Source: an uncultured Bdellovibrionales bacterium (GTDB taxonomy: Bacteria; Patescibacteriota; Minisyncoccia; Moranbacterales; DUUL01). From it: a stretch of DNA of 64,000 nucleotides. The number at the start of each line of letters is the position of its first letter. The first letter of the stretch is position 1. Both the position numbers and the translations under genes were made by a program. The notes beneath the pieces were generated by a model. It was not told the DNA's origin, made no database searches, and saw only the letters and a program-made list of their open reading frames with translations. Where the stretch lies: the NCBI GenBank assembly GCA_964458715.1, contig CAYWJP010000001.1, positions 2,022-66,021 on the forward strand, given 5' to 3'. Below are positions 40,578 to 50,167 of this stretch, piece after piece.

Positions 40578-41504
40578 TTACCCTAACTTCTTGGCGACCC
40601 GAAGCTTAGCGCTTCGAGATCTTGTATTTTCTTTTAATTCTTCTTCTGATGGTCGAATGGGTTTTCGAGTAATTATCTCTAATATTTTTTTCTGATTACA
40701 AACGCAGACAGGAAGTTCTTTGGGACAAATACATCCCCCTGTATTTGCCCTAAAGAACTGTTTCACCAATCGATCTTCGAGAGAATGAAAACTTATTACC
40801 GCTAATCGACCTTCGTTATTTAAAACGCCAATTGATTCTTTTAAAAAAACTTCCAGATTATCTAATTCATTATTCACTGCAATCCTTAAGGCTTGAAAAA
40901 CTCTAGTAGCTGGATTCATTCCCCTCCTAGCCTTAGCATTACCAATTACTATTTCCTCTAGTTCTTTAGTCGTTTCAATCTTCTTTTCTTTACGTCGCTC
41001 CACTATTCTCTTGGCAATTTTTCTAGAATTTGATTCCTCTCCATATCGGAAAAATATATCCACCAACGATTCTTCTTTCCAGCTGTTGACAATGTGATAA
41101 GCCGTTCTAGTTCCTTCTTGTCCTAATCGCATATCCAGAGGAGCATCAATCTGAAAGCTCATCCCGTATTCCTTATTCTTCACCTGGTCTAATCGCCAAC
41201 CTAAATCAGCCATTATTCCATCTACTTTGTCAATTTTCAAATCTTTCAATATTTGCCGAATATTAATAAAATTGTCCTTTATTAAATAAACTTTCGGCCC
41301 TTTTTTATTTTCTCCTATTTTCTTTTTAAATTCGTCAATCGCCATCTGATCTAAATCAATTCCAATCAAAGTCCCCGTTTCTCCAATCTTCTCCATTGCT
41401 AACTGACTATGTCCTCCCCCACCTAAAGTTGCATCTACTATGGTCATTCCAGGTTTTATATTCAATCCTTCCACTGTTTCCCCCAGCAAAACTGTTATAT
41501 GCAT
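40578..41504 (-). CDS. rsmH: 16S rRNA m4C1402 methyltransferase
   Basis: DATLGGGGHS, PLDMR, FQALRIAVN, SFHSLEDR, RSRSAKLR. Confidence 0.97.
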   Translation of the reverse strand: MHITVLLGETVEGLNIKPGMTIVDATLGGGGHSQLAMEKIGETGTLIGIDLDQMAIDEFKKKIGENKKGPKVYLIKDNFINIRQILKDLKIDKVDGIMADLGWRLDQVKNKEYGMSFQIDAPLDMRLGQEGTRTAYHIVNSWKEESLVDIFFRYGEESNSRKIAKRIVERRKEKKIETTKELEEIVIGNAKARRGMNPATRVFQALRIAVNNELDNLEVFLKESIGVLNNEGRLAVISFHSLEDRLVKQFFRANTGGCICPKELPVCVCNQKKILEIITRKPIRPSEEELKENTRSRSAKLRVAKKLG

Positions 41505-41507
41505 AAA

Positions 41508-41661
41508 TTAAAATTAATTTTCAATTTTTCCGCCTCGGCAAGCCTCCGGCGAGATGGGCAATCAATTTACAATGACTGAATGCCTGAATTTTTAATTTAA
41601 AAATTAAATCATTCAAAATTCGAAATTGATTCAAAATTCAGAATTCAAAATTCAAAATTTT
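41508..41661. repeat. Heptamer-periodic repeat with a nested GC-rich insert
   Basis: [ccgcctcggcaagcctccggcgagatgggc] inside; ends ttgattcaaaattcagaattcaaaattcaaaatt. Confidence 0.75.
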
Positions 41662-41672
41662 AGTATTTATTT

Positions 41673-42107
41673 TTAATAAATACCTAATCGTCCTAACTGC
41701 TCCGCAATTTTGTCTTGATCCTTCTCCGCCCCACTCTTATATTTATCCCAAACCCCTTCATCCCAAAGCTCCAATCGATTAAATAATCCGGCAACTGTCA
41801 CCGCTTTTTTCAATTTGGCATAATCTTTCAAATAATCCGGCACCACAATTCTGCCCTGAGAATCCAAATCCAAATCAATCGCTCCGGCTAACATTAAACG
41901 AACAAAACTTCGAGTAGACTTTTCTCCAACTGGCATATTCCCTAATTTCTCAGCAATTTTTTCCCATTCTTTCATCGGATAAACAAATAGACATTGATCC
42001 AATCCCCGAGTCACTACTACTCTCCCTTTAAAATCACCCCGAAACTTGGCTGGTAGCGCCAACCGTCTCTTGCTATCTATTGAATGTTTGTATTCTCCGA
42101 TGAACAT
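41673..42107 (-). CDS. mraZ: Division/cell wall cluster repressor MraZ
   Basis: MFIGEY, DSKRR, TRGLD, DSQGRI, ELW. Confidence 0.97.
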   Translation of the reverse strand: MFIGEYKHSIDSKRRLALPAKFRGDFKGRVVVTRGLDQCLFVYPMKEWEKIAEKLGNMPVGEKSTRSFVRLMLAGAIDLDLDSQGRIVVPDYLKDYAKLKKAVTVAGLFNRLELWDEGVWDKYKSGAEKDQDKIAEQLGRLGIY

Positions 42108-42157
42108 AATTGCAAATTATTATTTTATCAATGGATTTCTATTTATTTTTGTTTGCA

Positions 42158-42280
42158 AAATTTTGAATTTTTAATTTTTAATTTTGAATGAATTTTTAAA
42201 ACTCCATTTTAGTTTTAAAATTAAAAAATTAAATCATTCAAAATTGAATCAAAATTCGAAATTCGAAATTCGAAATTTAC
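42158..42280. repeat. Heptamer-periodic inverted repeat in the mraZ leader
   Basis: aattttg/aattttt units on the left; aaattcg x3 on the right. Confidence 0.8.
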
Positions 42281-42358
42281 TCTAAATAATCCCTTTATAT
42301 AAAATGAGCTTTAAGTATAAACAAAACCCATAATCCCAACAGCCTCATTTTTCTTTCC

Positions 42359-42409
42359 CCACTTTTCACCACGCAATACCATTTTAAACCACCAGTCAAC
42401 CCTTGTCAA
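42359..42409 (-). promoter_or_regulatory. mraZ promoter with MraZ-binding GTGG boxes
   Basis: TTGACA (42409-42404), 17 bp, TAAAAT (42386-42381); CCAC/CCAT at 42359, 42369, 42379, 42389 (exact 10-bp period). Confidence 0.8.
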
Positions 42410-42730
42410 ACATTTCTCTCCATTTTTCCAATTTTCCCTAAAAACTAATCAAAAAAATGGCTTATTAATGACATTCGCGACTGCGTCCGCCCTTGGCGGA
42501 ACACACCATTTAATTTCATATCCTGTTGAGTTATACACAATTTGTTAACAGTTCTTTTAAATTAAAATTTAAAAGAAGATTTAGGATTTAAGAACTGCTT
42601 CCGACTTGCCTACTGACCTTTTTCGTCGAATCAAGACGAACAGGCAGGCTTTAAAATCTCCAAATATCTCTTATTTAAAATAAAAACAGGGTTATCGATA
42701 TTGTCAACAACCCCGTCTCTTAATATACTT

Positions 42731-42952
42731 TCAGAAAAAAGATCTTCTTCCGCATTCAGGACATACAAAAGCTCTGCACCCGTTTGGACAAACATCGGTT
42801 TTGATAGTCTGCATGTTAGCTCCCGTTAAATAAGCATTACAAGGATATCAATCACCGGCCTTCAAAACATTAGCTGGACACTTAATTTCTCCAAAAGGTT
42901 TTTTCAACGCAATTGGAATCGCCATATGAGTATAAATTTTTTCTTTAGCCAT
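42731..42952 (-). pseudogene. Cys-rich Zn-ribbon-like ORF with one in-frame TGA (not in the ORF track)
   Basis: MAKEKIYTHMAIPIALKKPFGEIKCPANVLKAGD*YPCNAYLTGANMQTIKTDVCPNGCRAFVCPECGRRSFF; starts 2 bp after the upstream stop. Confidence 0.55.
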
Positions 42953-42954
42953 TT

Positions 42955-43269
42955 TCACCCCCTGTTTGTTCTTTTATATTTAAGAACCATCAAAACCAAA
43001 GGCTCATCACTTTTATTCCAAAGATTAAAAGAGTGACTTCTAGGAAAAGCTCTTCCATCCAAACGCTCGATTGAGCTTATTTCTTGAAAACATTCCCCGC
43101 CCACAGTTTTGCTAATTTCTCCCTTGGATTCACCCAGAACTTCAGCCAATACAAACCAATCGATTCCATTAAAAATCATTTTTTCCCGAACCTCTCCCGG
43201 TTGCAATACTAATCTATCAATAAAAACAACTTCAGGAAAAAGATATTTAAAATAACCGTCGTCTTTCAT
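42955..43269 (-). CDS. Hypothetical protein, possible cupin-like beta domain
   Basis: Resembles the C-terminal half of 43271-43924. Confidence 0.6.
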   Translation of the reverse strand: MKDDGYFKYLFPEVVFIDRLVLQPGEVREKMIFNGIDWFVLAEVLGESKGEISKTVGGECFQEISSIERLDGRAFPRSHSFNLWNKSDEPLVLMVLKYKRTNRG

Positions 43270-43270
43270 T

Positions 43271-43924
43271 TTAATTACTCCTTTTTTGTTCTTCTATTTT
43301 TTTTGATTTAAAGACAACAAAATCCAGCTTAACGCCTTCAACATAAACATTTCTAACAAAATACTCTTTATCCGGTTTAAAGAAATTCGTATCAAGCGCT
43401 TCCCTCCCTGTTGCATCTAGAATAGCTCTTTCTAATTCAAAACAACAGTCCGGAAAAATTTTTCCCTTGCCCTGAAGCACCACTAGGCTAAAAATAAACC
43501 CTGGTGAATTCAAAACTATTCCTGGCGATGCCTCTCCTGGTTTCAAAGAAAAATTTTCCTGAAGATATTTATTTTCTTTTGGAAAATTTGACGAAAGCTC
43601 TCCTTCGATAATTCTTGGAGGAGGGATTATAACCGGAGTCTTTTCGTTTTTAGAAACCGAAATATATATCATCCCTTTGGTCAGATTCTCTACAAAAAGC
43701 TTTCCATAAAACGCTGATTCATAAAAAACCAGTTCTTCTGTTGGAGAAAATTCACCCAAGAAACATTTTTCGGTCCAAGCTTCTGCTGATTTTCGGAGCT
43801 CGCAAAAACCTCCCACAAAAGTCTTGAACGTGACTCCATGCAATGCTAAAGTTGTTATTTCGACTGTCTCTCTACCTTTGAGCCTTATCGACATCCTATC
43901 TTCAGTTAATTGAAACGTTTTCAT
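43271..43924 (-). CDS. Hypothetical protein, possibly two cupin-like domains
   Basis: GGGAGG SD; 217-aa ORF. Confidence 0.6.
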   Translation of the reverse strand: MKTFQLTEDRMSIRLKGRETVEITTLALHGVTFKTFVGGFCELRKSAEAWTEKCFLGEFSPTEELVFYESAFYGKLFVENLTKGMIYISVSKNEKTPVIIPPPRIIEGELSSNFPKENKYLQENFSLKPGEASPGIVLNSPGFIFSLVVLQGKGKIFPDCCFELERAILDATGREALDTNFFKPDKEYFVRNVYVEGVKLDFVVFKSKKIEEQKRSN

Positions 43925-44220
43925 AAAAGCCTCCCTCTATTCTTGAAAAATATTAAAGTCAATCTTTATAATTCTATTGATGTAAAAGTACTGAAAAAAT
44001 ATTCTAACCCAAATCATCTGTATTATCAAGACCATCCTAAAAATTTAATATATATTAAAATAGTGATTTTATTTACATTTAACTGTTTTTTTGATATTCT
44101 ATCTAGCAAACATTTTAATCAATAAAATCGAAAATGTTTGTTGTACTTTTCACTGATTAGAAAACTGGGAAGGACCCACGCTTCTGATTTTAATATTTTT
44201 TAGACAGATAGGAGGATATC

Positions 44221-44970
44221 ATGTCAAAAAAAATCACCGAATTTACCTTGAAGGATTTTGTTTGCCCGACCGTCGGGAAAAAATTTATTGATCTTTCACG
44301 AAAAACTTCCTTTTTAGTCACTTTTGAGACTGGGGCTACTGAAGATGGTCACAATACCTGGCTCAAAGAAAAATTTGAATGCTGGAAAAGAGAAATCGAA
44401 GAAACAACTAATCTCGTCGTAAATTCTATGGGCTTCAAAAAAAAGAACTTTTTTAAGAAAAACAGTCAAGGATCAGTTTCTGTCGGGATTGACATAAAGG
44501 GAGTCTTTAAACCAGGAGTAGCTGGTAATTCAACTTTCAACGCAAATCTATCAAGTATGATCAGAAAATTTCTAGCTGAAAACCTCATTATGGCAAAATT
44601 TCGCCCAGATTTCAATCTGAAAAATCCACTTTTCGATGCCCTGCATATCCACAAATGCATATTTTCTCTCGGTGCTTCAGACTGGAAAAAAGCTCAGAAA
44701 GAAATAGATTCGCTCTGTCTTGATACTTTCGATTTAAGTTTGTTAATTGATGACTGCGGAGCCATGCTCATAGAACCCAATTTCGAAATAATAAAAGGTA
44801 GGAATCCTCTTGATAATGTAAGATTTGCAATAACCCTTAGATGGAAAAGTGATGCTTCCGATGACAAAAGAGACACTCTCAAAAAAGTTATCGATGCTTA
44901 CTTCAAGGGAAAAAAACTTCACATCGGAAATTGGAGAATTGAGTCAATCGGCCAACAACAACCAGAATAA
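44221..44970 (+). CDS. Hypothetical ORFan
   Basis: AGGAGG SD; 249-aa ORF. Confidence 0.65.
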   Translation: MSKKITEFTLKDFVCPTVGKKFIDLSRKTSFLVTFETGATEDGHNTWLKEKFECWKREIEETTNLVVNSMGFKKKNFFKKNSQGSVSVGIDIKGVFKPGVAGNSTFNANLSSMIRKFLAENLIMAKFRPDFNLKNPLFDALHIHKCIFSLGASDWKKAQKEIDSLCLDTFDLSLLIDDCGAMLIEPNFEIIKGRNPLDNVRFAITLRWKSDASDDKRDTLKKVIDAYFKGKKLHIGNWRIESIGQQQPE

Positions 44971-44982
44971 GGAGAAAAGATT

Positions 44983-45279
44983 ATGGGAGAAATCTTAAAC
45001 AAGTGCAATAAAGGCGGTTGTCAATTATGCATTGATGCTGAAGTTGAATTTGAAGAACTACTCTGGCGTCTCAGCCAAATTCACAAAGGTGGCAGTTTTA
45101 ATTCCGAGACTCTCTGTAAAGCCAGCCTAGAAGATTTCAATTCTAAACATCCTGATTATAAAAAAGTTCCTCAATTACAAAAAGCAATCTTCAAAATTGC
45201 CTACGATAGCATGCTTTTCTGGGCCAGAAAACTGGTCCACGAAAAAACAATCCCGCCTTTTATCCTAATAAAAGACTAA
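44983..45279 (+). CDS. Hypothetical ORFan with an N-terminal Cys cluster
   Basis: AAGGAG SD; CNKGGCQLC. Confidence 0.6.
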   Translation: MGEILNKCNKGGCQLCIDAEVEFEELLWRLSQIHKGGSFNSETLCKASLEDFNSKHPDYKKVPQLQKAIFKIAYDSMLFWARKLVHEKTIPPFILIKD

Positions 45280-45298
45280 AAGGCCCGCCAGAAAACCA

Positions 45299-45337
45299 AA
45301 AAGCCGTTACAACACCAATCGTTGCAGCGGCTTTTTT
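45299..45337. terminator. Bidirectional terminator
   Basis: aaaagccgttacaac...gttgcagcggctttt between convergent genes. Confidence 0.7.
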
Positions 45338-45348
45338 GAACTTTTAAA

Positions 45349-45780
45349 TTATCTTTCTAGATATTTCTCAAAGGCGGAACGGGGTTGGTCCATGAGATTG
45401 TGGTTGAGATAGTCTTCGATTTCGATCCATTTGAATGAATCATGCTCATGACTTAATTTCACTTCGCTGGTGTCGTCTTTCAATCGACATTCATAATAGA
45501 TGCCAATAATTTGCCACTGCTCGCCATGAACAACTGGTTGCCATTCGGTAACATGAAAAGGTTTTATAATTTCAATTTCGAATCTGGTTTCTTCTTTAAC
45601 TTCTCTTATTAGAGAATCTTCTGGTTTTTCTCCTCGCTCCATTTTTCCTCCTGAAAAATCAAACTTTCCTGGGTTTGTCCCAGTGTCTTTATCCTGCGCT
45701 TCTTCCAAAATCAAAACCTTCCCCTCCCTCACAATAAACGCCTTCACCGCCACAAATAATTTCTCTATTTTTTTATCCAT
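45349..45780 (-). CDS. NUDIX hydrolase
   Basis: GGKMERGEKPEDSLIREVKEET Nudix box. Confidence 0.9.
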   Translation of the reverse strand: MDKKIEKLFVAVKAFIVREGKVLILEEAQDKDTGTNPGKFDFSGGKMERGEKPEDSLIREVKEETRFEIEIIKPFHVTEWQPVVHGEQWQIIGIYYECRLKDDTSEVKLSHEHDSFKWIEIEDYLNHNLMDQPRSAFEKYLER

Positions 45781-45818
45781 ATATACAAAATACGATTAAA
45801 ACTCTTGGGGCTATTTGA

Positions 45819-45934
45819 GGTTTATGAGTTTGAGTAAAGTTCAAGGAAAATCCGAGTAGCGTATGAGATGTACTTGATGGTACATCAAAAAGCAACGGAG
45901 GATTTGACAAAGAAATTTGACAAACTCGTAAGCC
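45819..45934 (+). repeat. Long-hairpin element copy F (3' of ORF 45936)
   Basis: ggtttatgagtttg-a-gtaaa-g-ttc-aagg...gacaaa-gaa-a-tttga-caaactcgtaagcc. Confidence 0.85.
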
Positions 45935-45935
45935 G

Positions 45936-46256
45936 CTACCTAAGCCCTAGTTGATTTTTAAGCTGGTCAGCCTCTTGTTTGGTCATTTGACCGGACTTAA
46001 CCGATTCGTCTAATTGTTTCAGAATTTTATCTTTCTCTTTCAAAATATTTTGCGGATTCATCATTTTCCGCATTGCTTCTTCTCGTTTAGATTGAGGCAA
46101 TTTCTTAAAAATTTTCAGAGCCCAACGCTCTTTTCTAGACAACTTTGAATCATCAACCTTTTCCAACATTTCATCCATTTTACCCATCATACCATCCACT
46201 TTTGGATTCTTAGATTGTTCATCATCATTTTTTTTACCAAAATTGAAAAATCCCAT
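45936..46256 (-). CDS. Hypothetical protein downstream of rpoD
   Basis: 106-aa helical ORF. Confidence 0.65.
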   Translation of the reverse strand: MGFFNFGKKNDDEQSKNPKVDGMMGKMDEMLEKVDDSKLSRKERWALKIFKKLPQSKREEAMRKMMNPQNILKEKDKILKQLDESVKSGQMTKQEADQLKNQLGLR

Positions 46257-46280
46257 TTTGTTAAATTAATTCTTAATTTA

Positions 46281-46420
46281 AATAAATTACAAAGCTCAAA
46301 TTATTCCAAACTACTCAAATCAAATTCAAATGACAAATTCTTAAAATCCAAAACTATTTGATATTTAGATTTTAGTTTTCATTTGGAATTAATTTGGAAT
46401 AATTTGGATTTTGACATTTT
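46281..46420. repeat. Periodic CAAAT/ATTTG inverted-repeat element directly 3' of rpoD
   Basis: caaattattccaaa pairs with tttggaataatttg; shares caaagctcaaattatt with 23695-23836. Confidence 0.75.
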
Positions 46421-46421
46421 T

Positions 46422-47852
46422 CTAGTAGTCTTTCAATTTTTCCATCCCTTTCATCAACCTAATTTTTTCCAACGCCTTGGCTTCAATCTGTCGGATTCGT
46501 TCTCGAGTTACACCAAATTCATTACCAACTTCCTCTAAAGTATGCATTATTCCGTCTTCTAATCCAAATCGAATTCGCAAAATCTTTTGTTCTCGCAAAG
46601 TTAATTGTTCTAAAACTTCGTTTAAATGTTTTTTCAACAAAGTCCTGGAAGCAATTTGACTGGGAGCGATTGAATCAGTATCCTCTACAAAATCACTCAA
46701 TACACTATCGCTATCATCTCCACCAATAGAAGTTTCCAGAGAAATAGTCTCCTGAGAAACCTTAATAATATGACGAACTTTTTTAACATCTAAATTCATT
46801 TCCACCGCGATTTCTTCCGGCAAAGGTTCTCTTCCTAACTCTTGAACTAAAGCTCGAACTACTTGAATATATTTATTAATAGTCTCTACCATATGAACTG
46901 GAATTCGAATTGTTCTTGATTGATCTGCAATCGCTCGGGTCACCGCCTGCCTAATCCACCAAGTCGCGTAAGTTGAAAATTTGTAACCTCGTCTATAATC
47001 AAATTTTTCCACTGCCCTAAAAAGACCAATATTCCCTTCTTGAATTAAATCCAAAAAAGAAAGGCTATGACTTCTACCAACATATTTTTTGGCAATTGAA
47101 ACTACTAATCTAAGATTGGCCTCAGTTAATCTCTGTCGTGCCATTTGATCTCCTTTCTCAATAGCTCTAGCCAAAGAAACTTCTTCTTCTTGGTTTAATA
47201 AAGCTACTTTGCCAATCTCTCTAAGATACATTTGAATAGAATCAGTGTCTTTGAAATCCACAGTTTCTTTTGAACGACTTTCGGCTTCTTCGGCCAATAT
47301 TGTAGCAGCTGCTTCTGCTTTATCAGCGGCTTTTTTGGAATAGCCTTTTTTGGCCTGATCCTTCTTCTTTTTGGCAGTAGCTTTCCTCTCATCTTCTTTG
47401 CCTTGAATTTCTTTTTCAATTTCAGCTTTAATAACATCTTCGGACGAAAGAATTTTTACTCCATATTTTTCCGCTCCATCATAAAAAATTTCTAAGTCCT
47501 CAATATTTTTTTCGACATCACCCAATTCGTGTAAAATTTCGTCCTCAGTCACAAACCCTCGCTGTTGTCCTCGTTTAATCAAACTCTCAATTTTTTGATT
47601 TTCAAATTTAGCCTCCTTGCTTTTCACTTTTTTTCGTTTAGAAATTTTCGGTTTTTCTGGTTTTTTCTCTAAAGGATGTTTTTTAACAACTTCTTTGACA
47701 GTTTTTTTAAACATCTTTTTAACTACTTTCTTGAATCCGCCAGTCTTTTTCTGAACTTTAACGTCAGTTTGTTTTTGACTAATCTTCTTCTTTTTTGTTT
47801 TTTTTACACTAGTAACTTGTTGCCTCTTCGGCGACTGAATTTTCTTTACCAT
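46422..47852 (-). CDS. rpoD: Primary sigma factor RpoD with a Lys-rich N-terminal extension
   Basis: [36 protein letters not shown]; follows dnaG. Confidence 0.95.
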   Translation of the reverse strand: MVKKIQSPKRQQVTSVKKTKKKKISQKQTDVKVQKKTGGFKKVVKKMFKKTVKEVVKKHPLEKKPEKPKISKRKKVKSKEAKFENQKIESLIKRGQQRGFVTEDEILHELGDVEKNIEDLEIFYDGAEKYGVKILSSEDVIKAEIEKEIQGKEDERKATAKKKKDQAKKGYSKKAADKAEAAATILAEEAESRSKETVDFKDTDSIQMYLREIGKVALLNQEEEVSLARAIEKGDQMARQRLTEANLRLVVSIAKKYVGRSHSLSFLDLIQEGNIGLFRAVEKFDYRRGYKFSTYATWWIRQAVTRAIADQSRTIRIPVHMVETINKYIQVVRALVQELGREPLPEEIAVEMNLDVKKVRHIIKVSQETISLETSIGGDDSDSVLSDFVEDTDSIAPSQIASRTLLKKHLNEVLEQLTLREQKILRIRFGLEDGIMHTLEEVGNEFGVTRERIRQIEAKALEKIRLMKGMEKLKDY

Positions 47853-47853
47853 A

Positions 47854-49638
47854 TTATTTTTTTAATTCTTCTAATTCTTTAGAAATTTTCGAAAACTCTT
47901 CCATCAATAAATTCAAACTACTTTCGTCATCTTTTTCCTCTGCTGTTTTAATATCTTTAATGATATTAGCTAATTCCCCCTCTTTTCTAAATAGTTGAAG
48001 TTTTGCACAAACCTCCCGCCAATCAGAAATGGGTTCAATAATATTTTCCTCTAGACCTTCGGCGTTATAATCATAATTAACCTGAGCTTCAAAACGATTT
48101 AATTTATCAGAAATTTTTTTAGTTTCGCCTTTTAAAATTTTTCCCCAAACATCTCGATATTCCTGATCTAGCAAATTAGAATCGAAATTTTTAATTTGTT
48201 TTGCCAATTGCTTAGAATACAAAACAACCAACCCCAAGATTCTTTCTTGTAATTGGATTATTTTTGGCTTATCAGTTTTTATCATTTCATCAGTCGAAGC
48301 TGTTCGCTTTTTCTGATTCACTTTATCTTCCTTTATTTTAACCCCTTCTAGCACTTCAGTCAACGTATCCTCCTTAACATCAATTACATCTGCTAGTTTT
48401 CGAATCCAATAACTTTGCTCAATTAAATCAGAAATATCTTTAATAATATTTAATAATTTATGAGCAATGATTTTTTTGCCCTTAGGATTTTCTTTATCCT
48501 GTTTTTCAAGAATAGATGAGAAAAAATAATCCATCACTTGTTGAGAATTTTTAATGGCCTTTTTCCAAGCTGGAATATCTTCAATTACTAAATCATTTAC
48601 GTCTTTGAAGCCCTTGGGTAATAAGATGATTTCTGCGTCGATATTTTCTACCAAACAAAGCTGAACACTTTTTGTCGCCGCTTTTTGTCCCGCTTCATCC
48701 ATATCAAAACAAAGTTTAAAATTTCTCGTATATCTCTTCAAAATATTAATTTGATCGATAGTTAAAGCCGTCCCCGAAACTGCCACGGTATTTTTAACTC
48801 CCGCGCTGAAAGAAGCCACTACATCCAAATTTCCTTCTACTATTATTACGAAATCCTGTTTTTTTATTTCCATTTTGGCTTGGCTTAGGCCGTAAATCAC
48901 GCGACTTTTATCGTAAATAGGTGATTGGGAAGTATTAATATACTTAGCATTTTTTTCGTCTCCGCCCGGCATTACTCGAGCTGAATAACCTACCACTCTA
49001 TCAGCCACATCAATCACCGGAAACATAATCCGATTTCGAAACCGGTCATAATAATCGTCTTTGGATGCTCCTGAAGTTCCATCTTTTTGGACCATCAAAC
49101 CAGAATGAGCAATGTCAGCTAAATTATGCTTTCGACTTAAAAGAAAATTTAATAAATTGCTCCACCCGTCCGGAGCAAAACCAATTCTAAAATTTTTAAA
49201 TTGAGCAGTTTTAATTGCTCGGTCAGTCAAATATTTTCTAATTGATTTGGCCTTATTAGATTTATCAAATTGATATTGATAAAATTTACTAGATAATTCT
49301 AAAATCTCATAAATTTTTTGTTTCTGATTTTTTTCTTTAGGATCAATTTTTTGAAACTTTGGTAAATCAACACCAGTTCGTTCTGCCAATCTCTCCAGAG
49401 CTTCTCTAAATTCCAATCCCTCAATCTCCATTAAAAAAGAAAAGATGTCGCCACCCTTTTGACAACCAAAACAATACCAAAAATTTCTCTCAGCATTAAC
49501 CATAAAGGAAGGGGTTTTTTCATTATGGAATGGACACAAAGCCTTATAGTTTGTACCAGATTTTTCCAACTTTAAATATTCTCCAATTAACTCCGAGACA
49601 TTTAACCGCTCCTTGACTTGATCAACAGCGTCAGCCAT
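47854..49638 (-). CDS. dnaG: DNA primase
   Basis: [11 protein letters not shown]...[26 protein letters not shown]. Confidence 0.97.
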   Translation of the reverse strand: MADAVDQVKERLNVSELIGEYLKLEKSGTNYKALCPFHNEKTPSFMVNAERNFWYCFGCQKGGDIFSFLMEIEGLEFREALERLAERTGVDLPKFQKIDPKEKNQKQKIYEILELSSKFYQYQFDKSNKAKSIRKYLTDRAIKTAQFKNFRIGFAPDGWSNLLNFLLSRKHNLADIAHSGLMVQKDGTSGASKDDYYDRFRNRIMFPVIDVADRVVGYSARVMPGGDEKNAKYINTSQSPIYDKSRVIYGLSQAKMEIKKQDFVIIVEGNLDVVASFSAGVKNTVAVSGTALTIDQINILKRYTRNFKLCFDMDEAGQKAATKSVQLCLVENIDAEIILLPKGFKDVNDLVIEDIPAWKKAIKNSQQVMDYFFSSILEKQDKENPKGKKIIAHKLLNIIKDISDLIEQSYWIRKLADVIDVKEDTLTEVLEGVKIKEDKVNQKKRTASTDEMIKTDKPKIIQLQERILGLVVLYSKQLAKQIKNFDSNLLDQEYRDVWGKILKGETKKISDKLNRFEAQVNYDYNAEGLEENIIEPISDWREVCAKLQLFRKEGELANIIKDIKTAEEKDDESSLNLLMEEFSKISKELEELKK

Positions 49639-49671
49639 ATATTTAGGGATTACTGTAAAACCCAGTATAAA

Positions 49672-50166
49672 CTATAATTTCTCTTTATCCAAGAGTTTTT
49701 TCTTTTTTTCTTTTCCTGGTCCAAATTCACCGATTCCTCCAGAACGTGGAATCACACGATGACACGGAACGACTAATGGAACAGGATTAGTCGTGCAAGC
49801 ACTAGCTACGGCTCGATAGGACCTAGACTTTCCAATTGCTTCAGCAATTTGACTATAGAACTGAACTTCTCCAGCAGGAATGCTCTGCATGTATCGCCAA
49901 ACTTTCATTTTAAAATCAGTACTTTCAACATCAAAAGGCAACTTTCCCCATTCAGTTTTTCCCTCTAGATAGCCTATTAATTTTTTGAAATATTTGTTTT
50001 GGTCTCTAGCGACCTTTTGAATATTTTCAGTAACAAATTCTTTTTTGAAATCTGCTAACAGCTTTTTCGAAGAATTGCCTATTTCCACCCAACAAAAACC
50101 TTTGGAAGTTGTTGCCATCAAAACATAGCCAATGAAAGATTTATGAACTAGATAGTCTATCTGCAT
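49672..50166 (-). CDS. ogt: Methylated-DNA--protein-cysteine methyltransferase
   Basis: NPVPLVVPCHRVI. Confidence 0.9.
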   Translation of the reverse strand: MQIDYLVHKSFIGYVLMATTSKGFCWVEIGNSSKKLLADFKKEFVTENIQKVARDQNKYFKKLIGYLEGKTEWGKLPFDVESTDFKMKVWRYMQSIPAGEVQFYSQIAEAIGKSRSYRAVASACTTNPVPLVVPCHRVIPRSGGIGEFGPGKEKKKKLLDKEKL

Positions 50167-50167
50167 A

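Noticed and set aside
42848-42850. Genome-wide TGA recoding (code 25 or code 4)
   Set aside because: Conserved genes are intact under code 11, and TGA ends full-length genes (porA, rsmG, the 21826 permease), including ATGA overlaps.
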